64,000 nt of DNA from Candidatus Aenigmatarchaeota archaeon (GTDB taxonomy: Archaea; Aenigmatarchaeota; Aenigmatarchaeia; JACPZZ01): positions 5,526 to 69,525 of the forward strand of contig JAZDLW010000022.1 in the NCBI GenBank assembly GCA_043801595.1. The letters are read 5' to 3'. The stretch's first letter is position 1; every line of letters starts with the position of its first letter. The translations under genes and the position numbers were made by a program. Positions 40,660 through 48,588 of the stretch are shown here, one piece after another. The notes beneath the pieces are model-generated. The model saw only the letters and a program-made list of their open reading frames with translations. It was not told the origin of the DNA and did not search any database.

Positions 40660-41409
40660 TTATTTTTCAATTTTCTGCATCAGTTCTTCCATTTTTTCCA
40701 CGAACATCGTCGATTTATCGACAAGCTCGTCTATCTTTTCCGGTTTTAGCATTTTCAGTTCGCCGTGTTCGAGAAGCTTACAGTGTTTTATGACATCCTC
40801 GTAATATCTCACGTACTCGTTCGAAAGTTTTCGCTTGCGGACGAAATGTATTCTCAATTGCTCCGGTATCTGCTTTGGCGAAGGCGGCGATACGCCGACG
40901 GCCATCAACGGCGCCTGTGCCGCATCGACAACAGCGGACGATAACGCGTCTATTATCGAAACCGTATGGAACCGTTCTATTCTCAACAGACGCAAAGGCG
41001 ACTGCTGTATCAGCGATTTCATCGCCTCTTTCGTTCCCGGTACGCGACCTTCCACCAAAAGTTTTTTCAGCGGAAGGAAAAATCCGGACGGGTCGTACAG
41101 CGGAATTCCTTCCTTTATTTCCGTGAACGTGACCGGTGAACCATGCCGCACGAGCTCCCAGTAATCCGACAGCTTGTAAAAAAGCAGATTAATTTTTCCT
41201 TTCATCCTCGCATTATCTACGGCTTTCTGCGCTTCCGCTTTTATCTCATTTGTCGTAATGGAGTCTACCTGATTCGTGTCGTCCATGAGAAATATTATGG
41301 TTTCTCCTGGCTCCGCTTCTGTATGGGATATCATCCATATTGATTTCAATATCTCGGGGAATTTTTTCGTTAATTTGTTTACCAGATTTTTTATTTCAAC
41401 ACCTTTCAT
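40660..41409 (-). CDS. Nucleotidyltransferase/HEPN-like family member with degenerate NTase active site (short form)
   Basis: Conserved family block FTEIKEGIPLYDPSGFFLPLKKLLVEGRVPGTKEA and C-terminal module KLLEHGELKML. The G-S...D-x-D position reads ISHTEAEPGETIIFLMDD. Confidence 0.65.
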   Translation of the reverse strand: MKGVEIKNLVNKLTKKFPEILKSIWMISHTEAEPGETIIFLMDDTNQVDSITTNEIKAEAQKAVDNARMKGKINLLFYKLSDYWELVRHGSPVTFTEIKEGIPLYDPSGFFLPLKKLLVEGRVPGTKEAMKSLIQQSPLRLLRIERFHTVSIIDALSSAVVDAAQAPLMAVGVSPPSPKQIPEQLRIHFVRKRKLSNEYVRYYEDVIKHCKLLEHGELKMLKPEKIDELVDKSTMFVEKMEELMQKIEK

Positions 41410-42485
41410 TTTTTGATCCCCTTTAAAATTTCTTCCAGGTTCTTCGCGTACAGCCGCGACGTATACACGTCTTTTTCCGTGACTTCCTGAAGCCTGTTAT
41501 TATCCGAAGCGTTTTTCATCGCCTTTATTTTTTTCAGGACGTCGAGATATCCTTTTGAAACCAGGCCAGTTGCGATTAATTCCCTTTCAACGAATTTGAT
41601 TATGTTCCTGTCGTTTGCGTTAACGCCTTTCTTTTTCAGAATATTCCTGCAGGCGTTGAATGCGATCGAGTTTGATTCTTCTATGATCTCCCTTTTCTTT
41701 TCGATTTCCAAACGCGAAAATATCGAATCCATCCTGTATATGAAATCGCGCGCCTTGGTAATCCATGAAAACGTTTCTTTGGCAGTAAGCTTTGTCAATT
41801 CGCCGTGGTCGATTTTGCGCGTTATCGCGTAGAAGTCATCGACAATTTCGGCGTAATGATTCTCAAGAACATTTTTACAAACAAAGTGCTTGCGCAGCGC
41901 AGTTCCGAGATTTTTCGCAGATGGAGGCGCAACACCGTAGAACATCAATACCGCCTGCCCGGCCTCGACCATTGCATATAGTAAATCTGACGTTATGTCC
42001 TCCAAAAATATTTTCCTGACGTTTTCAAGCCTTGACGGCGCGCGCTGTATGAGCATCTGCGACCGTTCCATTGTTCCGCTCATCCTGCCCTCTTTTAACA
42101 GCCTGCTAAGCGGTTCGATATACCCCGATGGGTCATAAATGGGCAGAGCATCGCGCACTGATGTGAAAACCCACGGCTCGCCGGAGCGAAGCAGGTCCCA
42201 CCAATCCGTTAATCTTTTGGCTGGCTGAAAATGAATGTTGATTTTTGTTTTTTCCTTCACAGAACTGTTTATTTCGGATATGTCATCGCTTATTTTTGAT
42301 AATTCCGCGCCGGATATGTCAGTTGTTGCGTCATCTACTACTGTCATTACGTCTATGTCCGACGACGGTTTCGCCTCGCCGCGCGCAAAAGAACCGTAAA
42401 TCCATATTGCTTTTATTTTTCCGTCGTACTTCGAGAGTATTGAAGAACACGCTTCCTTGATAGCGTCGAGCGCGTCGTATTTCAT
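41406..42485 (-). CDS. Nucleotidyltransferase fused to two HEPN-like modules (long form)
   Basis: WIYGSFARGEAKPSSDIDVMTVVDD, family block VRDALPIYDPSGYIEPLSRLLKEGRMSGT, modules with TRKIDHGELTKL and a second divergent copy. ATGA overlap with 40660-41409. Confidence 0.7.
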   Translation of the reverse strand: MKYDALDAIKEACSSILSKYDGKIKAIWIYGSFARGEAKPSSDIDVMTVVDDATTDISGAELSKISDDISEINSSVKEKTKINIHFQPAKRLTDWWDLLRSGEPWVFTSVRDALPIYDPSGYIEPLSRLLKEGRMSGTMERSQMLIQRAPSRLENVRKIFLEDITSDLLYAMVEAGQAVLMFYGVAPPSAKNLGTALRKHFVCKNVLENHYAEIVDDFYAITRKIDHGELTKLTAKETFSWITKARDFIYRMDSIFSRLEIEKKREIIEESNSIAFNACRNILKKKGVNANDRNIIKFVERELIATGLVSKGYLDVLKKIKAMKNASDNNRLQEVTEKDVYTSRLYAKNLEEILKGIKK

Positions 42486-42557
42486 AACTAGATATTGGTC
42501 GTTTTATAATAAAACAAAGCTTTTATCCGTCTCGGACGTAAAGTAATATTGTTGCAT

Positions 42558-43148
42558 ATGGTTGACGTATACGCCAAGATAGACGCGTCGATTAAAAGCG
42601 GATTGAAAATTCTAGGTTCCGGCAAGGATCCTGTCAAGACAATAGGCTCAGCAACCGACGCTTACAGAAAAGCCGAGGCTGAGCTTGGCGGAATCGGCAC
42701 ACCTGTGATCGGAACTACGGACCACCACAAATACCAATTGGCGGAAAAGAGGATCGAAGGCCTTAAGCTGGAAATAAGAGGCTATGCAAGGCAGTCGATG
42801 ACAGAACGCGTTGACAATGTCTACAAAACGATAAGGAACAACGATTACGGAATTCCGAAATTAAGGACAAGAGGACTTAATGTTTTATTGGATCCGGTAA
42901 CGTCCTCCGGAATAAGCGAATCAGTGTCGGGAAAAACGGAGAAATACAGAAAGGAGTCCGAAGGCTATGTCAAAACCGTTATCACGGAGCTTGACCGCGT
43001 GGGACTGAAAGAGGCGGACGATGACGCGCTGAAATCCGAGCTAAATCGCAAGCTCGCGGCTGCGAAAAAAACATTGGAGAGGCAGAAAAAGGATTACGAG
43101 GGCGCGGCAAGGGCGGACGCGATCAGAAAAGCTTCCAAAAGGCGTTAG
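42558..43148 (+). CDS. Alpha-helical hypothetical protein, paralog of 39470-40111
   Basis: Start taken at ATG 42558 (track TTG 42549). See the paralog blocks above. Confidence 0.55.
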   Translation: MVDVYAKIDASIKSGLKILGSGKDPVKTIGSATDAYRKAEAELGGIGTPVIGTTDHHKYQLAEKRIEGLKLEIRGYARQSMTERVDNVYKTIRNNDYGIPKLRTRGLNVLLDPVTSSGISESVSGKTEKYRKESEGYVKTVITELDRVGLKEADDDALKSELNRKLAAAKKTLERQKKDYEGAARADAIRKASKRR

Positions 43149-43204
43149 GCGTTTCCGAACGTTTTTAAATATATGCGCTGGAAATAACTAAAAAGGGAGA
43201 TTTG

Positions 43205-44083
43205 ATGCATACGACGAACAAGAATAATTTTATTTTTTGGGCGATTTTCTCAGTCGTTTTAACGCTGCCCTTGTTTGCGGCTGCGGCGCCGGTCGGTGCG
43301 AGCGCGGTCGGAGCGTCGCTGTTAAAAATGATAGGCGTTCCCGATGCAATATCGAATGGCGGCGCATCGACAATAATGTTCTATGTCGTAATACCGTCGA
43401 TAATCATGTTCCTGATAATGTACGGAATTCTTGACGAGATAAAATTATTCTACAAGGGAGGAATAAACTTCGCGATAGCGTTCTTCGCAACTTTGTTGAC
43501 AATACCATCGGGCGTTTTAGGCCAGATCATTGTCGGGATTTACGGAGGCGGGCTTGCGACACTTGCCATAATACTGGGGATTTCGCTGTTGCCGAGGTTC
43601 ATAGACGTTTTCGGTCCGCGTACGGGATTGCCTACCAATATCCTGAACCTGTTGTCCGGTGTTACGTACGGTTTTGTGATGTATTATGTTTTCGGCCTGC
43701 TTGAGGGCGGAAATGCGCTCGGCGGAGTTTTAAAGGATGCGACATGGATAAAATGGGTTTTTGCCATTGGCGTGCCGATTCTGGTCATGTGGAGGGGCTG
43801 GTGGAACAGAAGCCTCAATATGCGCATGGGAAGCGTTCTGAACGTACAACATGCGGAAGAGACGGCTGCGTTGCAGGCCGCAAATCGATGCAAGCAGGCA
43901 CTCCGTGATTTGGCAAATGTCACCGCTACTGGGGGCGGGTCGTTGGCAGGCGTGGATGCTGCCACTTACAACAATGCTATTATGAACGTTGAAACAATGT
44001 GCAGTCACGCTTATCCCGAGCCTTATCTCAGAACTTTGCCGAAAGGCACTATAACAAAGCTAGCAAATACGCATACAACCTAA
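43205..44083 (+). CDS. Membrane protein, member 1 of a five-gene tandem paralog family
   Basis: GGGAG Shine-Dalgarno-like sequence 5 nt upstream. Signal-like N-terminus FSVVLTLPLFAAAAPVGA. Family motif VVIPSIIMFLIMYGILDEIKLFYKG. Confidence 0.6.
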   Translation: MHTTNKNNFIFWAIFSVVLTLPLFAAAAPVGASAVGASLLKMIGVPDAISNGGASTIMFYVVIPSIIMFLIMYGILDEIKLFYKGGINFAIAFFATLLTIPSGVLGQIIVGIYGGGLATLAIILGISLLPRFIDVFGPRTGLPTNILNLLSGVTYGFVMYYVFGLLEGGNALGGVLKDATWIKWVFAIGVPILVMWRGWWNRSLNMRMGSVLNVQHAEETAALQAANRCKQALRDLANVTATGGGSLAGVDAATYNNAIMNVETMCSHAYPEPYLRTLPKGTITKLANTHTT

Positions 44084-44121
44084 ACATCTAATTCTTTTTT
44101 AATCCGCTACAATATTCTTTT

Positions 44122-44925
44122 ATGGGCAAAAATCTACTGGTCGTTTTCCTGCTATCTCTTCTGGTATTCCCGTTCGCACTGGCGGCTGAATCAACGCTTT
44201 CCGAGGGAGCAGTCAAATTCTGGGGCACGTGGTTCAATGTCCCTGCAAAGTATATGATATCGTGGCAGTCGATTGTCACGTTCGTAGTTGTGCCGATTAT
44301 CATAGCATTGTTTTTCGCCTATGAGATCTGGAAAGATCTGGGAATTTTTCACGCAGGCGCAGCGAATGTCTGGATCCCGATTCTGATAGTTTACATGATG
44401 CTCAGGAACGGTTTCTGGGACTACATCGATTTGTTTGTGTCAAGTACGCAGATGATTCCGGCACTGGTTCTATCGTTCCTCGCAATGCAGGTAACAAGCA
44501 AACTAAAGGGCAAAGTGACGTCGTTCGGCTATTCTGGAATTTTCGGCGGTATGGTGGGTTATGCGCTTGAAGCTGTAAGCGGCGGCATTTTTCTCGGGAG
44601 CATAGGTTTTATCATAAGCAAGGGTCATCCCGGTCCGCTGGTTTACATAATGGCGTCTGTTGGAGCGGGTTTGGGCATTTTCGCAATGTGGTGGGAAAAA
44701 CACGGAAGAAAGTCAGGATCGTTGAAAAATGCGCTCGGCGAGGAGGACCAGATAACGAGCGAAGAAGCAACGCTGGAAAAGGAGCTGAAGAGATACAATA
44801 AAATGGCCTCGCGCGAAAAGGACCCTGCGATTAAGGGTGTATACGAGGAGAGAATGGTCAATATTAAAAGGGAACTAGACAAACTGAGGGCGCAGGAAGA
44901 GGTTGTTGTGGAAGGAGCCACATGA
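44122..44925 (+). CDS. Membrane protein, member 2 of the tandem paralog family, with C-terminal coiled coil
   Basis: Signal-like LLVVFLLSLLVFPFALAAES. Motif VVVPIIIALFFAYEIWKDLGIF. C-terminal EEATLEKELKRYNKM...KRELDKLRAQEE. Confidence 0.6.
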   Translation: MGKNLLVVFLLSLLVFPFALAAESTLSEGAVKFWGTWFNVPAKYMISWQSIVTFVVVPIIIALFFAYEIWKDLGIFHAGAANVWIPILIVYMMLRNGFWDYIDLFVSSTQMIPALVLSFLAMQVTSKLKGKVTSFGYSGIFGGMVGYALEAVSGGIFLGSIGFIISKGHPGPLVYIMASVGAGLGIFAMWWEKHGRKSGSLKNALGEEDQITSEEATLEKELKRYNKMASREKDPAIKGVYEERMVNIKRELDKLRAQEEVVVEGAT

Positions 44926-44962
44926 TCGTTAACATTTAAGATTTGAACGAATAACTAATATT

Positions 44963-45559
44963 ATGTTTGCAGTTGCGTTCGCAGGACCGCCCACCTCTTC
45001 CCCCGCCTCGATTATTTTAAACTTGCTGGAAAAATACCAGGCACAACAGCTGGTCGTTCCGTTCCTTCTTACGTTTGTCATAGCGTACGGTGTTTTGGAC
45101 TCGATAAAAATATTCAAGAAAAACAGCATAAACGCGATAGTCGCGCTCGCGATTTCCTTTTACGCGATATTTTACGGCCCTTACGGCGCAATGGGATCGT
45201 TTTTGACGCAAATTTATGGCACTGGTGCGGTTGCGATAGCGGGACTGGTAATGATTATGATAATCCTTGGAGCGCTGAGTTTGGGCGGAACGCACATGCC
45301 GGGACAGGGCGTTTTTCAGAGGCTATTTGGTAATTCGTTCGGCCCGATAGTGGGAATCATAGTGGTTGTTGTTATGATATACCTGCTGTCGACCGGCTAC
45401 TTGCAGGGCGTTGGCATAAATCTAGATCCGGATACGACCGCATTTCTGATAATACTGTTGCTGATAATACTCTTCATATACATTATCGCAAGGCCGGACA
45501 GGATGAAAAAATGGTGGAACATGTGGGGTCCGCATTATCCGGCAGGCGGCGATTGGTAA
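44963..45559 (+). CDS. Membrane protein, member 3 of the tandem paralog family
   Basis: Motif LVVPFLLTFVIAYGVLDSIKIFKKN. Multi-TM. Confidence 0.6.
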   Translation: MFAVAFAGPPTSSPASIILNLLEKYQAQQLVVPFLLTFVIAYGVLDSIKIFKKNSINAIVALAISFYAIFYGPYGAMGSFLTQIYGTGAVAIAGLVMIMIILGALSLGGTHMPGQGVFQRLFGNSFGPIVGIIVVVVMIYLLSTGYLQGVGINLDPDTTAFLIILLLIILFIYIIARPDRMKKWWNMWGPHYPAGGDW

Positions 45560-45567
45560 CAATAAAC

Positions 45568-45687
45568 GACCTTTTTTAACAACGGAAAGCTTCTGCTTTC
45601 AACGGAAGCCACAGGTTTCCGTGCACAGGAAAATCGTGATTTTCCCGTGCCGTGCATAGGAAATTTCCGAATTTCCTATGAAAGGTC
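45568..45687 (+). repeat. Multi-hairpin intergenic element, long four-hairpin form (120 nt)
   Basis: Closing stem GACCTTT/AAAGGTC. Hairpins GAAAGC/GCTTTC, ACGGAAGCC/GGTTTCCGT, CACAGGAAAATC/GATTTTCCCGTG, CATAGGAAATT/AATTTCCTATG. Starts 9 nt after the upstream stop. Confidence 0.85.
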
Positions 45688-45739
45688 AATCAAAAAGGGT
45701 TTGTCGAGAAATAAAAACTAACGAAAAGAGAATGATATT

Positions 45740-46225
45740 ATGGTTCAGGACATATTCACGCCATTGCTCGGAAATCTCAATCAACTGGGTTTTTATAAGT
45801 TTTTGCTTCCTTGGCTGTTCACTCTGGCAATAGTCTACGGAATTCTTTTAAAAACGAAGATTTTTGACGAGAAAGAAAAAACCCTAAACGGCCTTATAGC
45901 GCTTGTTGCGGCGTTCTTTGTGGTAAACTACACACCCATTGGTTTTGGTTTGGATTCGTTTTTCACGCAGGCGTTCGGCGTAGGCATACTGATACTAACT
46001 GCCATTTTTGTGGTGCTGCTGCTCATGGGGCTGGTGGGATTAAAGGGCGAGGAAATATTCAAAGCCGAGAACATGAAGAACGGCGGCCTGGCAATAATGT
46101 TGCTGATTATTTTCATCATCATATTGGTGTTCATGATAGGCGGGGTGAAAATAGATTCGAGCCAGTTAACGCTGATAATGACCCTGCTGTTCATAATTGT
46201 TGCGGTTGCGTACATAGCGAAATAA
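45740..46225 (+). CDS. Membrane protein, member 4 of the tandem paralog family
   Basis: Motif FYKFLLPWLFTLAIVYGILLKTKIFDEK. Confidence 0.6.
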   Translation: MVQDIFTPLLGNLNQLGFYKFLLPWLFTLAIVYGILLKTKIFDEKEKTLNGLIALVAAFFVVNYTPIGFGLDSFFTQAFGVGILILTAIFVVLLLMGLVGLKGEEIFKAENMKNGGLAIMLLIIFIIILVFMIGGVKIDSSQLTLIMTLLFIIVAVAYIAK

Positions 46226-46295
46226 ACTTCTTAGGACAACGGAAAGCCGAAGCTTTCCGTGCAAAGGAAACGCATCGTTTCCTTTGAGAAGTTTA
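46223..46295 (+). repeat. Multi-hairpin intergenic element, two-hairpin form (73 nt)
   Basis: Closing stem TAAACTTCT/AGAAGTTTA, whose TAA is the stop codon of the upstream gene. Hairpins ACGGAAAGC-cgaa-GCTTTCCGT and CAAAGGAAACG-cat-CGTTTCCTTTG. Confidence 0.85.
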
Positions 46296-46341
46296 ATCAA
46301 GAAATAATACGGTTAAATAGATCACAGGAGAACTAGTAATT

Positions 46342-46926
46342 ATGGCTGCGTTTGATTTCATACAATTACAAAACACCCTGAAAGCTGCGGGATTTTATGA
46401 TTTTATCCTGCCTTGGCTGCTGGCGTTTTCGATAGTTTTCGGGGTTCTTCAGACTGTCAACGTTTTCAAGAAGGGTGACGGCAAACTGCCCAATACGTCC
46501 GTTGACGGGATAATTTCGCTTGTAGTGGCGTTTTATCTGACATTGTTCACGCCTTACCAAGGCTTTCTTTCGTCATTTTTCAGCAAGCTTTTCGGAAGCT
46601 CGATAATAGTTTTATCGGGCGTGCTCATGCTGCTGATATTCGTGGGAATTTTCGGTTTTCAATCCAAGGAACTTTTCCAAGGAACAAAGACAAAATACGT
46701 GGTTTTGGCAGTTGCTCTGGTATTGGCAGCCGGTTTGTTTTTCAACGCAAATTCGGGAATATTCTCGTTCGGCGGCGTGGGTTCGTTGTTTTCAAGCGGC
46801 GGCGATGCGTTAACGTTGATAGTATTTCTTGCGGTAATAGCGCTGGTAATGTGGTATATTGTACACGAAGGCAAAGGTGGGGCAGAGGAGACACCAGCCA
46901 AACCTGTCGGCAAGGATTCGAACTAG
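46342..46926 (+). CDS. Membrane protein, member 5 of the tandem paralog family
   Basis: Motif FYDFILPWLLAFSIVFGVLQTVNVFKKG. Confidence 0.6.
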   Translation: MAAFDFIQLQNTLKAAGFYDFILPWLLAFSIVFGVLQTVNVFKKGDGKLPNTSVDGIISLVVAFYLTLFTPYQGFLSSFFSKLFGSSIIVLSGVLMLLIFVGIFGFQSKELFQGTKTKYVVLAVALVLAAGLFFNANSGIFSFGGVGSLFSSGGDALTLIVFLAVIALVMWYIVHEGKGGAEETPAKPVGKDSN

Positions 46927-46957
46927 TATTTTTAAACAAACCCACAATTGAGAACGC

Positions 46958-46964
46958 TTTAAAT
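46958..46964 (+). promoter_or_regulatory. TATA box candidate (TTTAAAT) for 46988-47395
   Basis: Ends 24 nt upstream of ATG 46988, consistent with a leaderless transcript. Used to prefer the plus-strand ORF. Confidence 0.4.
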
Positions 46965-46987
46965 CTTTATTTGCAGTTCTGTAAGGC

Positions 46988-47395
46988 ATGAGATACGAAA
47001 GAGAGGGTTATTACTCGCTTCCGTTTACGCTTGTTTATAACAAGGTATCGCAAGTTATAAACTGGCGATTGGACAAGGTTGAGATATCCGGAATAAACAA
47101 GACGGACACAGGACATTACGTTTATGCAGATGATGGCTATTGGCTTGAGGCTGGAACCGGTTACCGTGGATGCAGTATAGGAAATGTAAGGGGGGAAGTG
47201 GGTTGCCTGGTATGCCGTGGAGACAACGAATTCCGTGCAAGAGTCTACGACCCGTTTAGGGATGCACGTATCAACAGAGTACAAGTAAGAATCAGCGCAG
47301 ATAAATATTTTGAAGTTGCCAATGAGGTCTTTCAGGAATTGGATGTTTTGGAAAGGGAACTCTTCCTTGGTCCTCAAATTTTCAGGAGAATATAA
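46988..47395 (+). CDS. Hypothetical protein (135 aa)
   Basis: Composition (E/R/G/D/V) is typical of the other genes here, unlike the fully overlapping minus-strand ORF. TATA-like box upstream. Confidence 0.4.
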   Translation: MRYEREGYYSLPFTLVYNKVSQVINWRLDKVEISGINKTDTGHYVYADDGYWLEAGTGYRGCSIGNVRGEVGCLVCRGDNEFRARVYDPFRDARINRVQVRISADKYFEVANEVFQELDVLERELFLGPQIFRRI

Positions 47396-47423
47396 CACGA
47401 CAAGTTTTTTGGGTTTCGATTTT

Positions 47424-48119
47424 TTATTGCTTGTTTCCCATTTTCTGCAGCGTATCGTTAACAGAACGGACGGATTCTATCATTGAAGGAAGCGTTTCCT
47501 TGAAAGCTTTTTCTATTGATCCGATCCTTGCGTCGATCTGGTCTATGTTTTCGCGGTACTGGTCGATCTTTCCCTCTATTCCGCCTGTTGCGAAATGACT
47601 GGATTCCTTTATTGTCCGCATTTGCAAATCAATATCGTGTAACCGTTCGTTAACAGCGTCAAATCTTTTCTCAATCGCATCTATCCTGAATTCAAGCTGC
47701 TTCCATTTTTCTTCCACAACAGCCTCGACGACCTCTTCGATTTCCGTAGCTCCGGGCGTGCCGCTCAACGCGACCGGTATCGTGCCCATTTCCGGCATTG
47801 ACGGTTCCCATTCGGGTGCGGGTTGCGGTTCCTGGTTCTCTACTGGAAAATCATAACCCGTAGGTTCAGGCTCTGGCGCTTGGAATTCCGGTTGCTGTTG
47901 CTGCGCAGGCTGTTGTCGCTGCTGCGTGACGCCTTCCTTTACAGCGGTCATCATTGCGCTGTGAATTTCAGGCTCGGAATAACCTTCCTGTTTCAGATTC
48001 GAAGAAACATCATTCTCATGCAGTCCTTGGTTTGACATGGAAACAACCTTGTTCACAGGCGCTTCGCCCCTTCCCGTTTCTTGGGGTTTTTTCTTAAAAA
48101 GCCACATGAACTTACCCAA
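47424..48119 (-). CDS. P/Q-rich linker plus coiled-coil protein
   Basis: 231 aa. QQRQQPAQQQQPEFQAPEPEP linker followed by heptad-like LEFRIDAIEKRFDAVNERLHDIDLQMRTIKE. Confidence 0.55.
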   Translation of the reverse strand: MGKFMWLFKKKPQETGRGEAPVNKVVSMSNQGLHENDVSSNLKQEGYSEPEIHSAMMTAVKEGVTQQRQQPAQQQQPEFQAPEPEPTGYDFPVENQEPQPAPEWEPSMPEMGTIPVALSGTPGATEIEEVVEAVVEEKWKQLEFRIDAIEKRFDAVNERLHDIDLQMRTIKESSHFATGGIEGKIDQYRENIDQIDARIGSIEKAFKETLPSMIESVRSVNDTLQKMGNKQ

Positions 48120-48151
48120 ATAATGTTTGACTAACGCTTAATATATTGTTT

Positions 48152-48547
48152 TCATTGTTCGTTTTTCCGTTCATCGAGCATTCTTTTGACTTCCGGCCGC
48201 GTGATAAAGCTTGATTTCATGGGGTTTATCAGATCGATGAAGCCCTGAAGTTCTTTCAGCTCGTTTTTCGTCGCAACGCGCTCCATCAACTTTGCCGTTT
48301 TTCTTGAATCGTCTTCGAGTTTCGCTATACTGTTTCCCAGTTCTTCGATCCGCGCGCCGAGCTTGTCAATGGAAATTTTGACCTGCTTAAATTGTTCAAG
48401 AATGCTCTTGTCTATGGTTTCCATGCTAGATTCAAGCGTCGCGCTCCGCTGTTCGACCAAGCGCAGCCTTTTCGAGTTGTCGTTTACGCGCCTTATTATC
48501 TCCGCAATCACGGACTGAAAATCCTGTTTTTTATCAAAAACGGCCAT
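48152..48547 (-). CDS. Coiled-coil protein
   Basis: Trimmed to Met40 (MAVFDKKQDF...). Continuous heptad-like sequence. Divergent from the pilus ATPase gene across a 41-nt spacer. Confidence 0.55.
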   Translation of the reverse strand: MAVFDKKQDFQSVIAEIIRRVNDNSKRLRLVEQRSATLESSMETIDKSILEQFKQVKISIDKLGARIEELGNSIAKLEDDSRKTAKLMERVATKNELKELQGFIDLINPMKSSFITRPEVKRMLDERKNEQ

Positions 48548-48588
48548 GCTATCAAAATACAATTTAGATAAAAGACATAATATAGTAT

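Noticed and set aside
11130-46295. Possibility that the GTTTCC/GGAAAC-containing repeats are CRISPR repeats
   Set aside because: The units are palindromic hairpin pairs scattered at separate intergenic sites. There are no regularly spaced direct repeats with unique spacers, and no cas genes are in the window.
46967-47398. 143-aa minus-strand ORF fully overlapping 46988-47395
   Set aside because: Its Ser/Cys/Tyr-rich composition is unlike the other proteins here. The plus-strand ORF has a well-placed TATA-like box. This remains uncertain, since the minus ORF would be co-directional with the coiled-coil genes.
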